Below, in pieces: positions 13,340-24,189 of a stretch of 64,000 bases of DNA. The position numbers were made by a program, and so were the translations under genes. This stretch comes from Macrostomum lignano (taxonomy: Eukaryota), in the NCBI GenBank assembly GCA_002269645.1, contig NIVC01001203.1, forward strand, positions 62,001 to 126,000, read 5' to 3'. A model generated the notes under the pieces. The model searched no databases. It was not told the DNA's origin and saw nothing but the letters and a program-made list of their open reading frames with translations. Within the stretch, counting starts at the first letter, position 1; each line of letters starts with the position of its first letter.

Positions 13340-13423
13340 GTAGGCTTCAATAATTAGATTTGCTTTTTTCTCTTCTACCTTTTGCTTGATTTTTAACAGT
13401 AGGAACACCAAGCCATTTTCCGC

Positions 13424-14130
13424 CCGTCGAACTACCAAGGGGGGGGGGCGAACTCCCTCTCCTGACAATTTTTTTTGCTGCGTCGTATTGGAGCAACGGA
13501 GGCACACGAAATTCCAGAACACGGGCTAACTTTTTGTTGCGCACCTTCTCAAACAAGAATCAAGTCGTCAGCCCTGCGGACCGTCGAGATATTCGACGTA
13601 TCTGCCAGAATTACGCTATTCTGCCAGGACCGCGTCAGGGTGATGACGGAATGCTCGAGAGAAGACCAGCTGAGGATATCTAGCAGTTGAGTTTTGCCCA
13701 CTGTCGAGGCTTGATCAGCGAAACTTGAGAAATTCGTATCAGGGTGTCCATAGTCACTTGGTGCCACCTGTTGAAGGTCCAGAAGCTCTGCCTGGGTAAA
13801 GGCTAGTGACCAACGAAGTCAGAGCTGATGCAGACACATGTGGTCGACGTGCTGATGAAATTTGGAGACTTGGCAAGGCTGCACTGAGGCGCAGTGCTGA
13901 TTGGCGCACAGGGGTGTACTGAATACACTGGCGCTTATGGGAAAATCCGACCTTCTGGCAGAATCGTCGAATATCTGGACGGTGTGGAGGTCTGGCGACT
14001 TGATTCTTGTTTAAGAAGGTGCCGAAACAAAAGTTAGCCCGTGTTCTTGAATTTCGTGTGCCTCCGTTGCTCCAATACGGCGCAGCAAAAAATTGTCAGG
14101 GAGGATTCCCCCCTCTTGGTAGTTCAACTG
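13424..14130. mobile_element. Non-autonomous DNA transposon (MITE), ~700 bp, with ~190-bp imperfect TIRs, in intron 1 of the ANK-cGLR gene
   Basis: 13424-~13610 is the reverse complement of ~13953-14130 (e.g. GAACTACCAAG...CCTGACAATTTTTT...GCAACGGAGGCACACGAAATT). No coding capacity; TSD not clear. Confidence 0.8.
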
Positions 14131-14847
14131 TTAATATCATTTTTTTAGTTTTGTGGATTTGACAGTTGGTGAAATTTTAAAAGCAAGCGGGCTTAGGAGG
14201 CTGGTTTGAAATTTTAACAGTAACAGCACACAAACAGTGAATGGCGAAAGAGACCAGAAGGCTGAGTGAAGATGGTTTTGGCATTGCTGATTTAAGCACA
14301 CTGGTAGGAAAAATGCTGGCTTCTACACTTTGCTGACTAGCCATTTGTCGAGGGGGAGTTAGCTATCTCGCCACTCGACTAGGTAACTTTCCGTTTTACT
14401 CAGACCGCTCAGACCAAGACCGTTCGCCAAATAAAGTTGAACCAACCGTACTACAGACACTTCATGGACATTCAGTCGAAATGGGACATCCAAAATTGTG
14501 TTCCGGACACTGTCTGAATCCTATAGACACTTTCCCTTGGGTCATGGACACTCAGCCAGGAGTCAATACGCTCATCCAATGGACCCACCTCCAGCCTGCC
14601 AGCCAGACTTTACCTCCATTACTCTGAAACTAAAATCTTAAGTCCTCGTCCCTAAGTCAATCCTTTTCCTCTTACTCGCACAAGTTAGATAATTTCTGCA
14701 CTGACAGTTTTAGCTAACTTACCGCATTTTTGACCAACTGCTTACAATCAACTCATGCACCGTTCGGGACTGCTGCCCATGCTGCACAAATTTGTCAATT
14801 AACCTTTCTAGAAACGCACGTTTTTTTACAAAAAACTCACATTTTAG

Positions 14848-15191
14848 ATGCAGTCCCAGCGACTCCGAGCTAAGCGAGCAGCTGTACTCAGCACTGGAGC
14901 AGTCAGGCTTCACCGAATCCCGAGCCGCATTGCAGAGCGCGGCTGCCGATGTCCTGCAGCAGATTCTGAGAAGTCGACTGAGTTGCCGTTCATATTTTGT
15001 CGTCGGCAGCTACTCAGAAGGCTGGGGCAACAGCCTGACGACACTGGACGGCAGAACTGACGCCAATTCCGACATTGATGTCATGGATTTGATTCCCGGC
15101 CGAGAATACCACCAGAGAGGTCTGTGCGAGTGCGATGGAGCTCCGGAGCAGCACGAGTTGGTGAACGGGCACATTCAGTGTCCAGGATTCG
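14848..15191 (+). CDS. Exon 2 of ANK-cGLR: nucleotidyltransferase N-lobe of Mab-21/cGAS-like domain
   Basis: Acceptor CATTTTAG at 14847, donor G|GTGAGT at 15192. Motif VVGSYSEGW...NSDIDVM = hGS..EG...SDxD metal-binding signature of Mab-21/cGLR enzymes. Confidence 0.88.
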
Positions 15192-15632
15192 GTGAGTTCT
15201 CTCTTGGCGAGTGAGATGGTCAGTTAGTGCTGTTAGTGATTGCTGGAGATTCTGGCAGTGCAGACGTTTGCTTGTTGTGTGCAAAGCATTGGTGAAGAAA
15301 ATATTCTGTATGCTCAGTAAGCAGATCTGAACAAGAGCCTGACTGTCATCCTTCAGTCTGATTTAATTCCAACGCACATATGCATGCGCATTTAAATATG
15401 TAAATGTATTGAATTTGCTAGGTGTTAAGTAGCTATGCTGTACCCACAAAATAGAAAACTGTATTAACAACATGCATTTAGTCTATATCTTATTTAGTAG
15501 CTTATAGAACATGGGCAACAAAAATTAATTTTCATCATTATTACTCGTTTCCCAATCAGCCCAAAGCATCACTGCAAAGACTCAAACCTTAAGTCAAATT
15601 TTGCCCAATCGGGAACCGAATCGTTTTTACAG

Positions 15633-17077
15633 CCTCCAATCCTGCCCAGCGGACACCCGGATGCACGCTGAGGCCAGCGCTGGACAGTGTCTCTGCATGC
15701 CGTCTCTGCCACTACCCGCCCATCGCGCCGCTGCTGCCAAACCGCGTCTCCAACATCCCCCATCAGGTGCTGGAGGCACTCCGGAAGGTTCTCACCTCCG
15801 CCTCATCGCCCTGTCACGTGGTGCACGCAGCCTCTCCTGATCGAGGAGGCGAAGAGCTCCGCGTGAGCACCAGCTTCCTGGAGAACCGGATGCTGCGAAG
15901 TCTCACTACCCTGCAAGGTCAACTGTTCGTCACACTCAAATACCTGGTCAAGAAGGTCATCTGTCACAAGAATGGCTTCAATCAGCAAGGCTTGAAGTCC
16001 TACCACGTGAAGACCATCACCTTCCGAATGGTGGATGAGACGCCGGTCGAGCAGTGGAAGAAGGAGAACCTCGTGAGTCTCACGAGACAGTCGCTGCAGA
16101 TGCTGCTCGACTGTGTGGAGAAGAGCCGAGAGCAGGACAGACAAACACCTGACACACCTGACCGATCTCGGGGTCGCATCATGAACCATTTCTTTCTCAG
16201 CGATGCGGCCATCTACCTCAAGGGTGCGGACAAGGAGAGAGCGGACCAGCATTTGGACGGCATCATGAGCACACTGAGAACAGTAATCGATCGGCTGCCC
16301 CAACTGCTGCAGCAGTTCATCGGCAGTCTCAGACCTGTGAGCGACTCAGGCACATTCTACTTCCACCCGTTCCAAATCCTGCCGGATCTGAGGCCGATGT
16401 CCCTCACGAAGTCCAGTGCTCTCGAGTACTATCAGATCTACGACGTGGTGAGAGAGTGTCTGGTGCGTCTCTCGCACAGTGACTGCAGCCAGCGATCTCA
16501 GGAGTCGCTCACAGAGCTGATTGCCAGACTGCCAGACTGCGCCCTCTCAGCACGAGAGGCTCTCAGAGCGCTGGCTTGCCTGAAGTTCGGCTACCGAGAA
16601 ACTGCAGAGAGAGTCGTGAGCTCGTGCTCAGGTCACTCGGTGAGCAGAGGCATCGCTTGGTCTCGTGAGAAGTCGGCGACTGAAGCGACTGTGGAGTTCG
16701 TGATGCGGCATCTGAGCAGCCGCGACTCGGCGTGGAAGTTTTGCTTTGAGTTTGACCAGCAACCGAAACTCGAGTTCTTGACAGGAGCTCTGAGGGAGTG
16801 CTTTCCCCTCCGGTTGTCAGGCAGTGCTGACCATTTCTACATGAACTTTGATGCTCTGCTGTGGGCTCTGCGGCTCGAGCTGCGGACTGATCGAGAAGCG
16901 CGCGCTCAGGACTGGATCCGGGATGTGGCTGAGAGACAGGACTCGGATGAGCAGGAGCTGCTGGTTGCCGCTTTGAATTCTTTAAATCCGGAGCAGTTTC
17001 AGGAAATAGTAAAGAAGCTGAAGATGATGAGAGCAGATCTTCACAACTGGCTGAAGGCATATCAGAAGCACATGTAA
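15633..17077 (+). CDS. Exon 3 of ANK-cGLR: remainder of NTase core, Mab-21 C-terminal helical domain and C-terminal extension
   Basis: Acceptor TTTTTACAG at 15632 (phase 1, in frame with ORF 15767-17077; upstream in-frame TAA at 15590). Motifs LDSVSACRLCHYP (candidate third Asp), LRVSTSFLENRML, LKYLVK, LKSYHVKTITFRM, QWKKENL, MNHFFL are typical of Mab-21 proteins. Confidence 0.88.
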
Positions 17078-17391
17078 GCGCAGAAAGAAGCAGAGGAAAA
17101 AGTGGCATTTTTGGCCTGCAAGAAGTGGTTTTAGTGCATATAAACATGTTTTGCTCCAGATGAGCTGCTAATAATATTTTATTTTAAAACTTTAAACTTC
17201 ATCCCTGACTTTCATGTTTGCTGTTTTCAATTTGCTGTTAAATTCACTGAAGTACAACTTGGGGTGCAGAACATCAGCTAGGAGTACAATATAAAGCCAG
17301 TGAAAATTTGCAAGGCAAAATCTGCAGCAAAACATCTGCTTCCACTTGAGAGGCAACATAATACTTGATTCGCTACTTGCTTAATCCTCAA

Positions 17392-18375
17392 TACGAGGGG
17401 TGTCCGGAAAGTAGTGTTACTTTTACTTGTTGCGGACGGTTGGCACGCTGCATTGATATAAATTTGGTGTCGTTTGAAAGCGGCAAGTCTCTTCTTTTTT
17501 AAAATGACGCAAACCACGATTGATTTGGATTTATATTTTAGAGATATGTGCACTTGAGTAGAGGGAGATCGTTCAAGCTCAAATGCGAGTGTACTTGCTA
17601 AAATTGGCATTCTGCTCAATGACAATAGATATTTTTGCATGCATGAGCTGTTTTGTGATCAAATGTGACACAGTAAAAAGCTTTCTCAAAATAATACGGC
17701 TGCACCAGTGGTATCAAAAAATCTTCACTGCTCAAGTTTGATCCATCAATCGTCAAATGGACGTGCATTCAAAGACAGTAGCAGCATGCCATCTTTACAC
17801 TTTGGAGCTCCGGCTGCAAAGCAGCTGACACTCACAGGCAACTCTGAATTGTGCAAGGCTACCATTCCGTCAGCACGATGACAGTGAACAGTGGGTGAAC
17901 GAGTTCAGGGGTGGAAGAACTGACATGAACTGACTGAAGGTCAGGACGCTCTGAGATCCATGCGGCCTCGTCTCGGATCCATTCTCGACCTGATTGATGA
18001 AGACTGCCACCAAAGCATCCGCGAATTCGCCGATGGACTAGATTGCTTGAAGTCCACAGTTTACGAGTCTCTGCAGAAGATGATTAATGCCAAGCTGAGT
18101 GCCCTTTGGGTTCCCCGATGGCTCACTGAGGAGTCGAGGACATGAAGCTGGATCGTCTTTACAGAAGGCTTGTGTCTAGGTTGTGTAAGTCTAGCTATGA
18201 CCGATCTCCCTCTACTTAAGTGCACATATCTCTTAAAATATCCAAATCAATCGTGGTTTGCATCATTTTAAAGAAGAGACTTGCCGCTTTCTAACGACAC
18301 CAAATTTATGTCAATGCAGCTTACTAAACATCGGCAACTAGTAAAAGTAACACTACTTTCCGGACACCCCTCGTA
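17392..18375 (+). mobile_element. Internally deleted mariner (Tc1/mariner) element with ~180-bp inverted ends and TA termini
   Basis: TACGAGGGGTGTCCGGAAAGT at 17392 and its reverse complement ending at 18375. Degenerate transposase HTH (WVNEFRGG; DLIDEDCHQSIREFADGLD...LSALWVPRWLTEE) with the mariner WVPR motif; catalytic domain absent. Confidence 0.9.
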
Positions 18376-18760
18376 AATCACTCTTGGAAAAATTTACAGC
18401 AAAAACATTAAAACAAAAAGGTTCTCAGATGTCTTAAACGGCTTCTATGAAACGCACGTGCCTCATTTCAAATCCGGAAAAAATTTCTGGGCCTAAACTC
18501 CAAAACTCCCAGGTTCCCCACAGCCACGCGCATTATCCTATACCGTGGGTTGAGCTGGTCTGTCCCTTCCCTCGCATTAAGTTTGTCTTCTACAGCAAAA
18601 CCAATGAGTAGCCGCGGCAATCGAAAACTGCAGTTCTGTGTTCATGCAGCTGCTGCAGTGCCATTTATCATGAGCTGGGCTGGGAGACCAACTGCTCACT
18701 TCCCTCTGCCTGCACACACACAGCTCCCCACACACTCCTGTTGCAGCCCCCCCATCCCAG

Positions 18761-18832
18761 GGGGCCGTAGCCCAGCGGTAGCGCAGCTGCTCTGGTGTGC
18801 CAGCGACCCAGGCTCGATTCCAAGTGCAGTCA
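18761..18832 (+). mobile_element. tRNA-derived SINE head or tRNA pseudogene
   Basis: A-box-like TAGCCCAGCGG and B-box-like GGCTCGATTCC at tRNA spacing; acceptor stem does not pair well. Confidence 0.5.
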
Positions 18833-19229
18833 CATTAATTTGGGGCTGAATTGGAATCTCGGCTCGGCTCTGCTCGTGCAATTAACGGCCTTGAGAGCCA
18901 ACCCCCCAAGGCGCAGTGAAGTGTACATGCCTAACGATAATATAAAGTTAGGGCCGCTGTACACTCCTGTGTGAGTGTGTGTCTGCGTACGTATCCGCGC
19001 GCTTGTATGCCTGCTCAGGGGAGTCGGCGGAACGGGCAGTAATGCCTCTCGCCGGTTGTGGGCCTATGTCGCTTAAAGTGCGCCAGGGTGCACACAACCC
19101 CTGCCTCTAATAAAAAAGCCCCCCCCCAACAGACCCTCCCACAATACGCTGAGCTGGAAGAAAAGCTTAAAAACTTCTGGCCGCCTCTTAATCTTCGAGC
19201 AGCTGTTTCATTTGTCTCCCCCCCACAGA

Positions 19230-19432
19230 AGTAGTAAGCATTTTTTGGATGCATAGCTCGTTTTTACATGGCGAAATCAGTATGAAGTTCCAAGCACTAT
19301 TTCAATGGGGGGATACACGCATAGCCTGTTTTTGCATAGCAAATCCATTAGGAAGTCCCAGCCACTAGACGATGAATTTCTATCCTACCCAGGCGCGTTT
19401 ACCAAATCTCGTCCCCTTCATGTTCTTTCTAG
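19230..19432 (+). repeat. Left terminal inverted repeat of the Maverick
   Basis: Aligns with the reverse complement of 25706-25907 (roughly 85-90% identity by eye). Confidence 0.93.
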
Positions 19433-19603
19433 CCACACTCTTTCTTCTACATACGTGGTAGTACAATGCTGCGACCGTTTGTGTCACAGCAAATAAAAAA
19501 GGCACATACACACGCATCGCTTTATTGCCACAATGTTTTTGTGAATCAGTTCGTTTGTAGACGAAAGCTTTTATATTTTTTTGTCTGGATAAAAACTATC
19601 AGG

Positions 19604-20170
19604 TCAAGCTTGCATTAAAACCGGCGGCGCAGTAGGGGTTGAAGAACATGCTTGAGAAAAAGGCTCAGAGAGGAAAACGCGCGCGAGAAAGGGCTGCTGC
19701 GAGCCCGACCATGGCGTCGCATCACCCAGTGGATGAACGAATTTAGATCCCTTTCCACTAGCAAGTTTAAAAAACAGATAGAACAGAATCCAGACTCCAC
19801 AGTGGGCGGTACGGGGATCCTGCACCGCATAGCGCGTGTAACGCCAGTTATTTGGATCTCCACAATTTCGCCTCATCCAGTGGGAGATTTCAGGCAGCGG
19901 GTGCAAACTTAGCGGATCAAAGTATTTGCCTATCCTAGCTCGTCTAACAGCGCCAATAGGGCCTGCACAGACCCAGACAGCAACCCAGTGTTTTCCGGGC
20001 AAATTGCTAGGGTCCGTGTTTACGATGAAAAAATAGTTACGCGTGTCTTTAAAGTACGGACTCGTGTTTAGATTAGGGATCCTTAGTAGAGAATCGTTTG
20101 GGTAAACTCCCATAAAAACTGCATCAGGATAAATACGCAATAGGTTTAGGCAGACCGAGCGCAAAAACAC
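19604..20170 (-). CDS. Maverick adenain-like cysteine protease (PRO)
   Basis: FMGVYPND...IVNTDPSNLPGKHWVAV...YFDP...VQDPRTAHCG: His, Asp, Gln and Cys catalytic residues present. Confidence 0.9.
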   Translation of the reverse strand: MFLRSVCLNLLRIYPDAVFMGVYPNDSLLRIPNLNTSPYFKDTRNYFFIVNTDPSNLPGKHWVAVWVCAGPIGAVRRARIGKYFDPLSLHPLPEISHWMRRNCGDPNNWRYTRYAVQDPRTAHCGVWILFYLFFKLASGKGSKFVHPLGDATPWSGSQQPFLARVFLSEPFSQACSSTPTAPPVLMQA

Positions 20171-20204
20171 ATTAGTTACGCGCTTGATAGAATAGTAGTG
20201 TTAT

Positions 20205-21518
20205 CTACTTCCATACAGATCCAGGTACCACGTCGCGGAACTCCGTCAGATGCAGTTGCTTGTCGAATAGTCCGTCCACGATGACGTTGTAGACTTTGTC
20301 CGTGGCTGTCGCGAAGCGTAGTTCCAATCGTACATTGCCCTCTTTATATAGCTGTGCGCCAGCTCCGACACCCACCTCACTACTCAGTCCGAAGGCGTAG
20401 ATAGTTTAGCCGGCTTTGTACTCTGTCATCGTGAACCCCAAGTCGCAGATGCAACCCCAGCTGCTGCAAAAACCACCCGTACTCCAAAACGCAGTCCCCA
20501 CTATCGCTGTAGTCGCTTTCGAGGGGTCTTGTTGGCACCGGTTCCCCGTTAACAAACACCCCCAAACTGCTCAGGTTGGCATGTTCGAATCTAAACGGGT
20601 TTGTGTCCACACTCCCATTGAACGCTTTGTTGCTCACAAAGGCCAGAAGTAGAAGTTTCGGAACGCCGCTTGGGAAGAGATTCTCACGCGTGTAGCTAGA
20701 CGTACCACTCGTAACAGTAAACGTCCTCATCTGTAGCTGATTTATTGGATAGTGTGCTGTTTCAACCCCGCAGCGTGCGCAGCGAGTACACTCGGCGAGG
20801 GGGTTACGTAGCGTACACGGAGCTCGGCCTTTAGCACCTCTATCTCGTAGCTCTTTAGCGGGTTTTCACCTATCGCACCGACCATAAAGGCGAAGGCAGC
20901 GGAAGACGGAATCAATTTTATTCGCACAGGAGTTTTTGACAAGAGAAACCGCGGCTGGCGGCACATGTCCAAGAACAAGGGCCCCGATAAGCGGCATTCT
21001 CGACCCCCTGCTATCAATGCGCGTCGGCGTTTAGCGCCAACGTTCGCATCGCCGGCTGAATGCATTTGTCCAGCCGTGTCTTTGTAGAAACCCCAGGGCG
21101 TTAGACCACAGGTTTGAGCATCCGATCCATATTCTAAAAGCGTCAGTAGCATGGCCTTTTAGGGGTACATGAAGGTTCCGCCTTCGACAACAGTGTCTCC
21201 AATAAGTTGTACATCGCGGAACAGGCTCGCGATAGGTAAATTAATCAGCGCTACGTTGTTCTTCGTCGCATCAGCGGCTACTCCGTCCGTGTCTCGTACA
21301 CGTATGGCCAGATTTAGAATCGTCTCTTGCAGATCCAGGTAGAGTGCATCCCCTGCGAAGACGACTTCGAACTCGATTGGGGCACCTTTAGAGAGTCCGT
21401 GTTGCGGCTGAATGTGGGTATACTGGCTGTCCACTACACTGCACTGTACAGCAGCCGCATCAAAAAGGGCCAACTCGCTTTTTAGTACTACACTGTCGGG
21501 GCCAAGCAACTGGTTCAT
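20205..21518 (-). pseudogene. Maverick major capsid protein (double jelly-roll, hexon-like), disrupted
   Basis: Pieces 21518-21159 (KSELALF...PIEFEV...YLDLQET...NLPIASLF), 21152-20742 (LSGPLFLDMCRQPRFLL), 20730-20380 (AFNGSVDTNPFRFEH) and a C-terminal piece (EGNVRLELRFA...FDKQL, stop at 20205-20207) match the Polinton MCP; separated by stops/frameshifts. Confidence 0.88.
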
Positions 21519-21529
21519 TTTCGGTTTTC

Positions 21530-21975
21530 CAGGAGACTAAACAGCGATTTAGCAGCAACGGCCTTGCGATTCCGCTTTTTCTTCACCCTTCGCCGTTTCT
21601 TCTTGGTTAGACCCGTTCCTCGCTGGGTTTTTGCTGGTTTTCCACGGGTGTGAGCTTTCTTATCCCGTTTGCTTATAGTCTTCTGGGGGCGTTTTTTCGG
21701 CTGCGTATTTTGGGAACAGCTGCGCTCGCCATCTTGTAACCGCCTCCCGTGTGCTTTCGTTTGCGATTAGCGTTTGTTGTCTCGTTGCTAGTGACTGATA
21801 GGTATTCCAAGCCCCGTGCCAAAAGATCCTTTCCCGCACTCCGCATAACCGGGATCAACACTCGATTAGAGAGGTTGAAAAGGAATCCATAGCCTTCGTA
21901 GATCGGAATCGCTCGGGCGGAGGATCCTCCCCCGCTTTGAGTGGGTCCAGAATAGAAACTGGATCCATCAAGCGT
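21530..21975 (-). pseudogene. Maverick basic core-like protein (pVII-like), frameshifted
   Basis: FYSGPTQSGGG...IPIYEGYGFLF...LIPVMRSAGKDLLARG, then a K/R-rich tail (TQRGTGLTKKKRRRVKKS) in another frame; lies between INT and MCP. Confidence 0.6.
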
Positions 21976-22026
21976 TTAATTGCTATTATGTTCCAATTTC
22001 TATTATGTTCCAATTTCACAGTTTAC

Positions 22027-23205
22027 TTATAAACGCGCCGAAAAAGCCGTCGAGTCTGAGCCTTGTTCGTAAGCGTCTACACGCTCGATGACTGACGGCT
22101 CCGTATTTTCTTTTGCTACACGCTGTAGTTCTCCCTCATTGAAGTAACCCTCTAGTGCGCTATTTCCGTCTTCCGGATTCTCTAGTTTCTACGACGCTGC
22201 TCGGCGAGGATTCGTAGCACGGATCCGAAACACTGTGTTGCTCCACACTGTCGAATAGCCCTTCTCGAAGGCACCCCGCTGTCGTGCGATTATTACCCAG
22301 TCTCCTACCTTTAGTGTTGATAGAGGCTGCTGCAAGGCATCATTCTCTATAATCTCAGACCCGATGATTCCCTGTAGACGCGGATCCACCGCCGTGTTGT
22401 GAAGACTCTGACCAAACAGCGCCCGGTGAGGGCTTGAGTTCAAATTTCGTTCCATTTGGGGTAGAATGTCATACCAGCGTTCCAGGTTTCGAGCCCAAAA
22501 ATAACGGCTGAGTCGCTCTTTCAGAGTACGGATTAACCTTTCAGCGATCGCAGCCTTGTAATAGCTTTGGCTAACAAAAAAGCGTTCACCCGCCCGTTTT
22601 AGTACAGCTTGAGTTTCACGCCCTAGGAACTCCTTTCCCGCGTCGCCCTGAAGATAGAGAGGTCGGAAGCCTTCAAGAAACAGATTTTCAAGTTCGGCGC
22701 CCACCTCTTTATCAGTTTTCGTTCGTAGAGGTCGCAGACGTACTTCGCAAGTGAAACAATCAATCAAAACGAGGATGTAGCGGTATCCCTTGTTATTTGA
22801 CTTGTATTGAGGGAGATCCGCCAGGTCGATTTGGAATTGAAAACTAGGGATATGTGGTACACCAATTCTGCGGGTTTTGAATATTCGTTTAGTTTTGCGA
22901 AACAGGTTATATTCTTTGGTCTCCCGGGCCCATTCGTCTACGATTTCTGCCGCTCGTTTAGATGCTAGTGACGGAAACTGGGTTTTAACATGTCTTAATA
23001 GCTGTTGCTTACTTCCTGCAAAAGCAGTAGGGCGGTCCAAATCGTAAAATTGTCTGTCTAAGAAGTTCTTGACATCTAGCGAGTTGTTATTTCTAGTCCG
23101 TTCTTTTGCGTTTTCGGACAGCTGATGGCTCTGGTGTTTCGCCTTTCGCATAGGAGGTCTCTTTTTCAGTGCCATCGGTTTTTGTATCGGTGATTCCTCC
23201 CACAC
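22027..23205 (-). pseudogene. Maverick retroviral-type (rve) DDE integrase with one premature stop near the C-terminus
   Basis: FYDLDRPTAFAG, FQIDLADL (D), LQGDAGKEF (D), KAAIAERLIRTLK (E). TAG at 22189-22191 is followed in frame by KLENPEDGNSALEGYFNEGELQRV, the usual Polinton integrase tail, to a stop at 22027-22029. Confidence 0.92.
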
Positions 23206-23472
23206 TGCTGCTCTGTGGCAAGTTATTAGTTGATGCAGAACGCGTCACCGTCATGCAGCACCTAATAATGTTCTGTATGGTGATATCGCCCGCGTCGGGA
23301 GTGTCCTCGTTATGGTGGAGCGCCCCGCCTAAGCAGCCTTGCAAAAGTCTCACAACCAAATGAAAAACAAAGCGTAAAATTTCGCGTAGTTCCATTATCA
23401 GAATGTGTTGACACTCAATCCGCGATGCGCCGACCAGTTAGCTTATAGCTGCTACAATATTTAACTACAAGC

Positions 23473-24185
23473 TTAGCTTGTCAATGTCTCGTAATTTTCT
23501 AGGAAATCCATTTCTTCGTCCCGCGTTTCTTTGTCCTCGGTGAAGGCGGGTGGAAGCTCTTTCTCTGCTGCAGCTGACAATTCCGTTCGAAATTGTTTTC
23601 CGACAAGCTGAGGATCCGCTTTTCGTTGACGCAGAAAACTCAAAAAGTTTTCCAGCCCACCTGGCAGGTGCCCCTCATGCATGCCTCTTCAGGGGTTTGT
23701 CGCGAACAACGTAGTCCATCAAATCGCGCATCTCCGTTTCGGTTAGTTCGGTCCCGTTTGCCGCCAGATTTTCTTTCTCATTTTCGATGAAAGTTTTAAG
23801 ACGTCGCCAGCGAGCCTGAAGTGCTTTTGGAATTCGTATTGTTTCGCTCTCTTCCTTCGCGCTATTGACTAAACGGATCTTCACTCGCTTGAGGGTTATC
23901 ATCTGGCTTCAAAAACGTCTCGCGTGTTTGTAGGAGCTAGCTTTCCATTCTGTTTCTGGCCAGACGAGCAGTCGAATTTGGGCTAGATTGATCCGTAGCA
24001 ATAATCTCGTCTAACCCATCGATTTTCTGTTTCATCCGCACGAGTTCTTGTCCCATCGTGTCACTTGGCATCTCCAAAACCTTTGCTCGTTCGTCAGCGC
24101 ACTTGTTTTGCGCGACCAGCTGCGAATATTGTGAGATGGGAATAACAACCATCTTTTGCAGTGCCTCGGATAAGCGAGTTCCCAT
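23473..24185 (-). pseudogene. Maverick conserved hypothetical protein, frameshifted fragments
   Basis: MGTRLSEALQKMVVIPISQYSQL..., DLMDYVVRDKPLKR and GLENFLSFLRQRKADPQLVG resemble a small conserved Polinton protein that lies next to the integrase (recalled, not searched). Confidence 0.5.
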
Positions 24186-24189
24186 GCTT

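Noticed and set aside
11493-13343. Stand-alone intronless ankyrin protein as given by the ORF track
   Set aside because: The stop overlaps a donor in phase with the downstream Mab-21 exon; a fused gene explains the data better, though transcript proof is still needed.
15601-15840. ORF read from the acceptor at 15559 as cGLR exon 2
   Set aside because: Wrong frame, ends at a stop; the acceptor at 15632 restores the Mab-21 frame.
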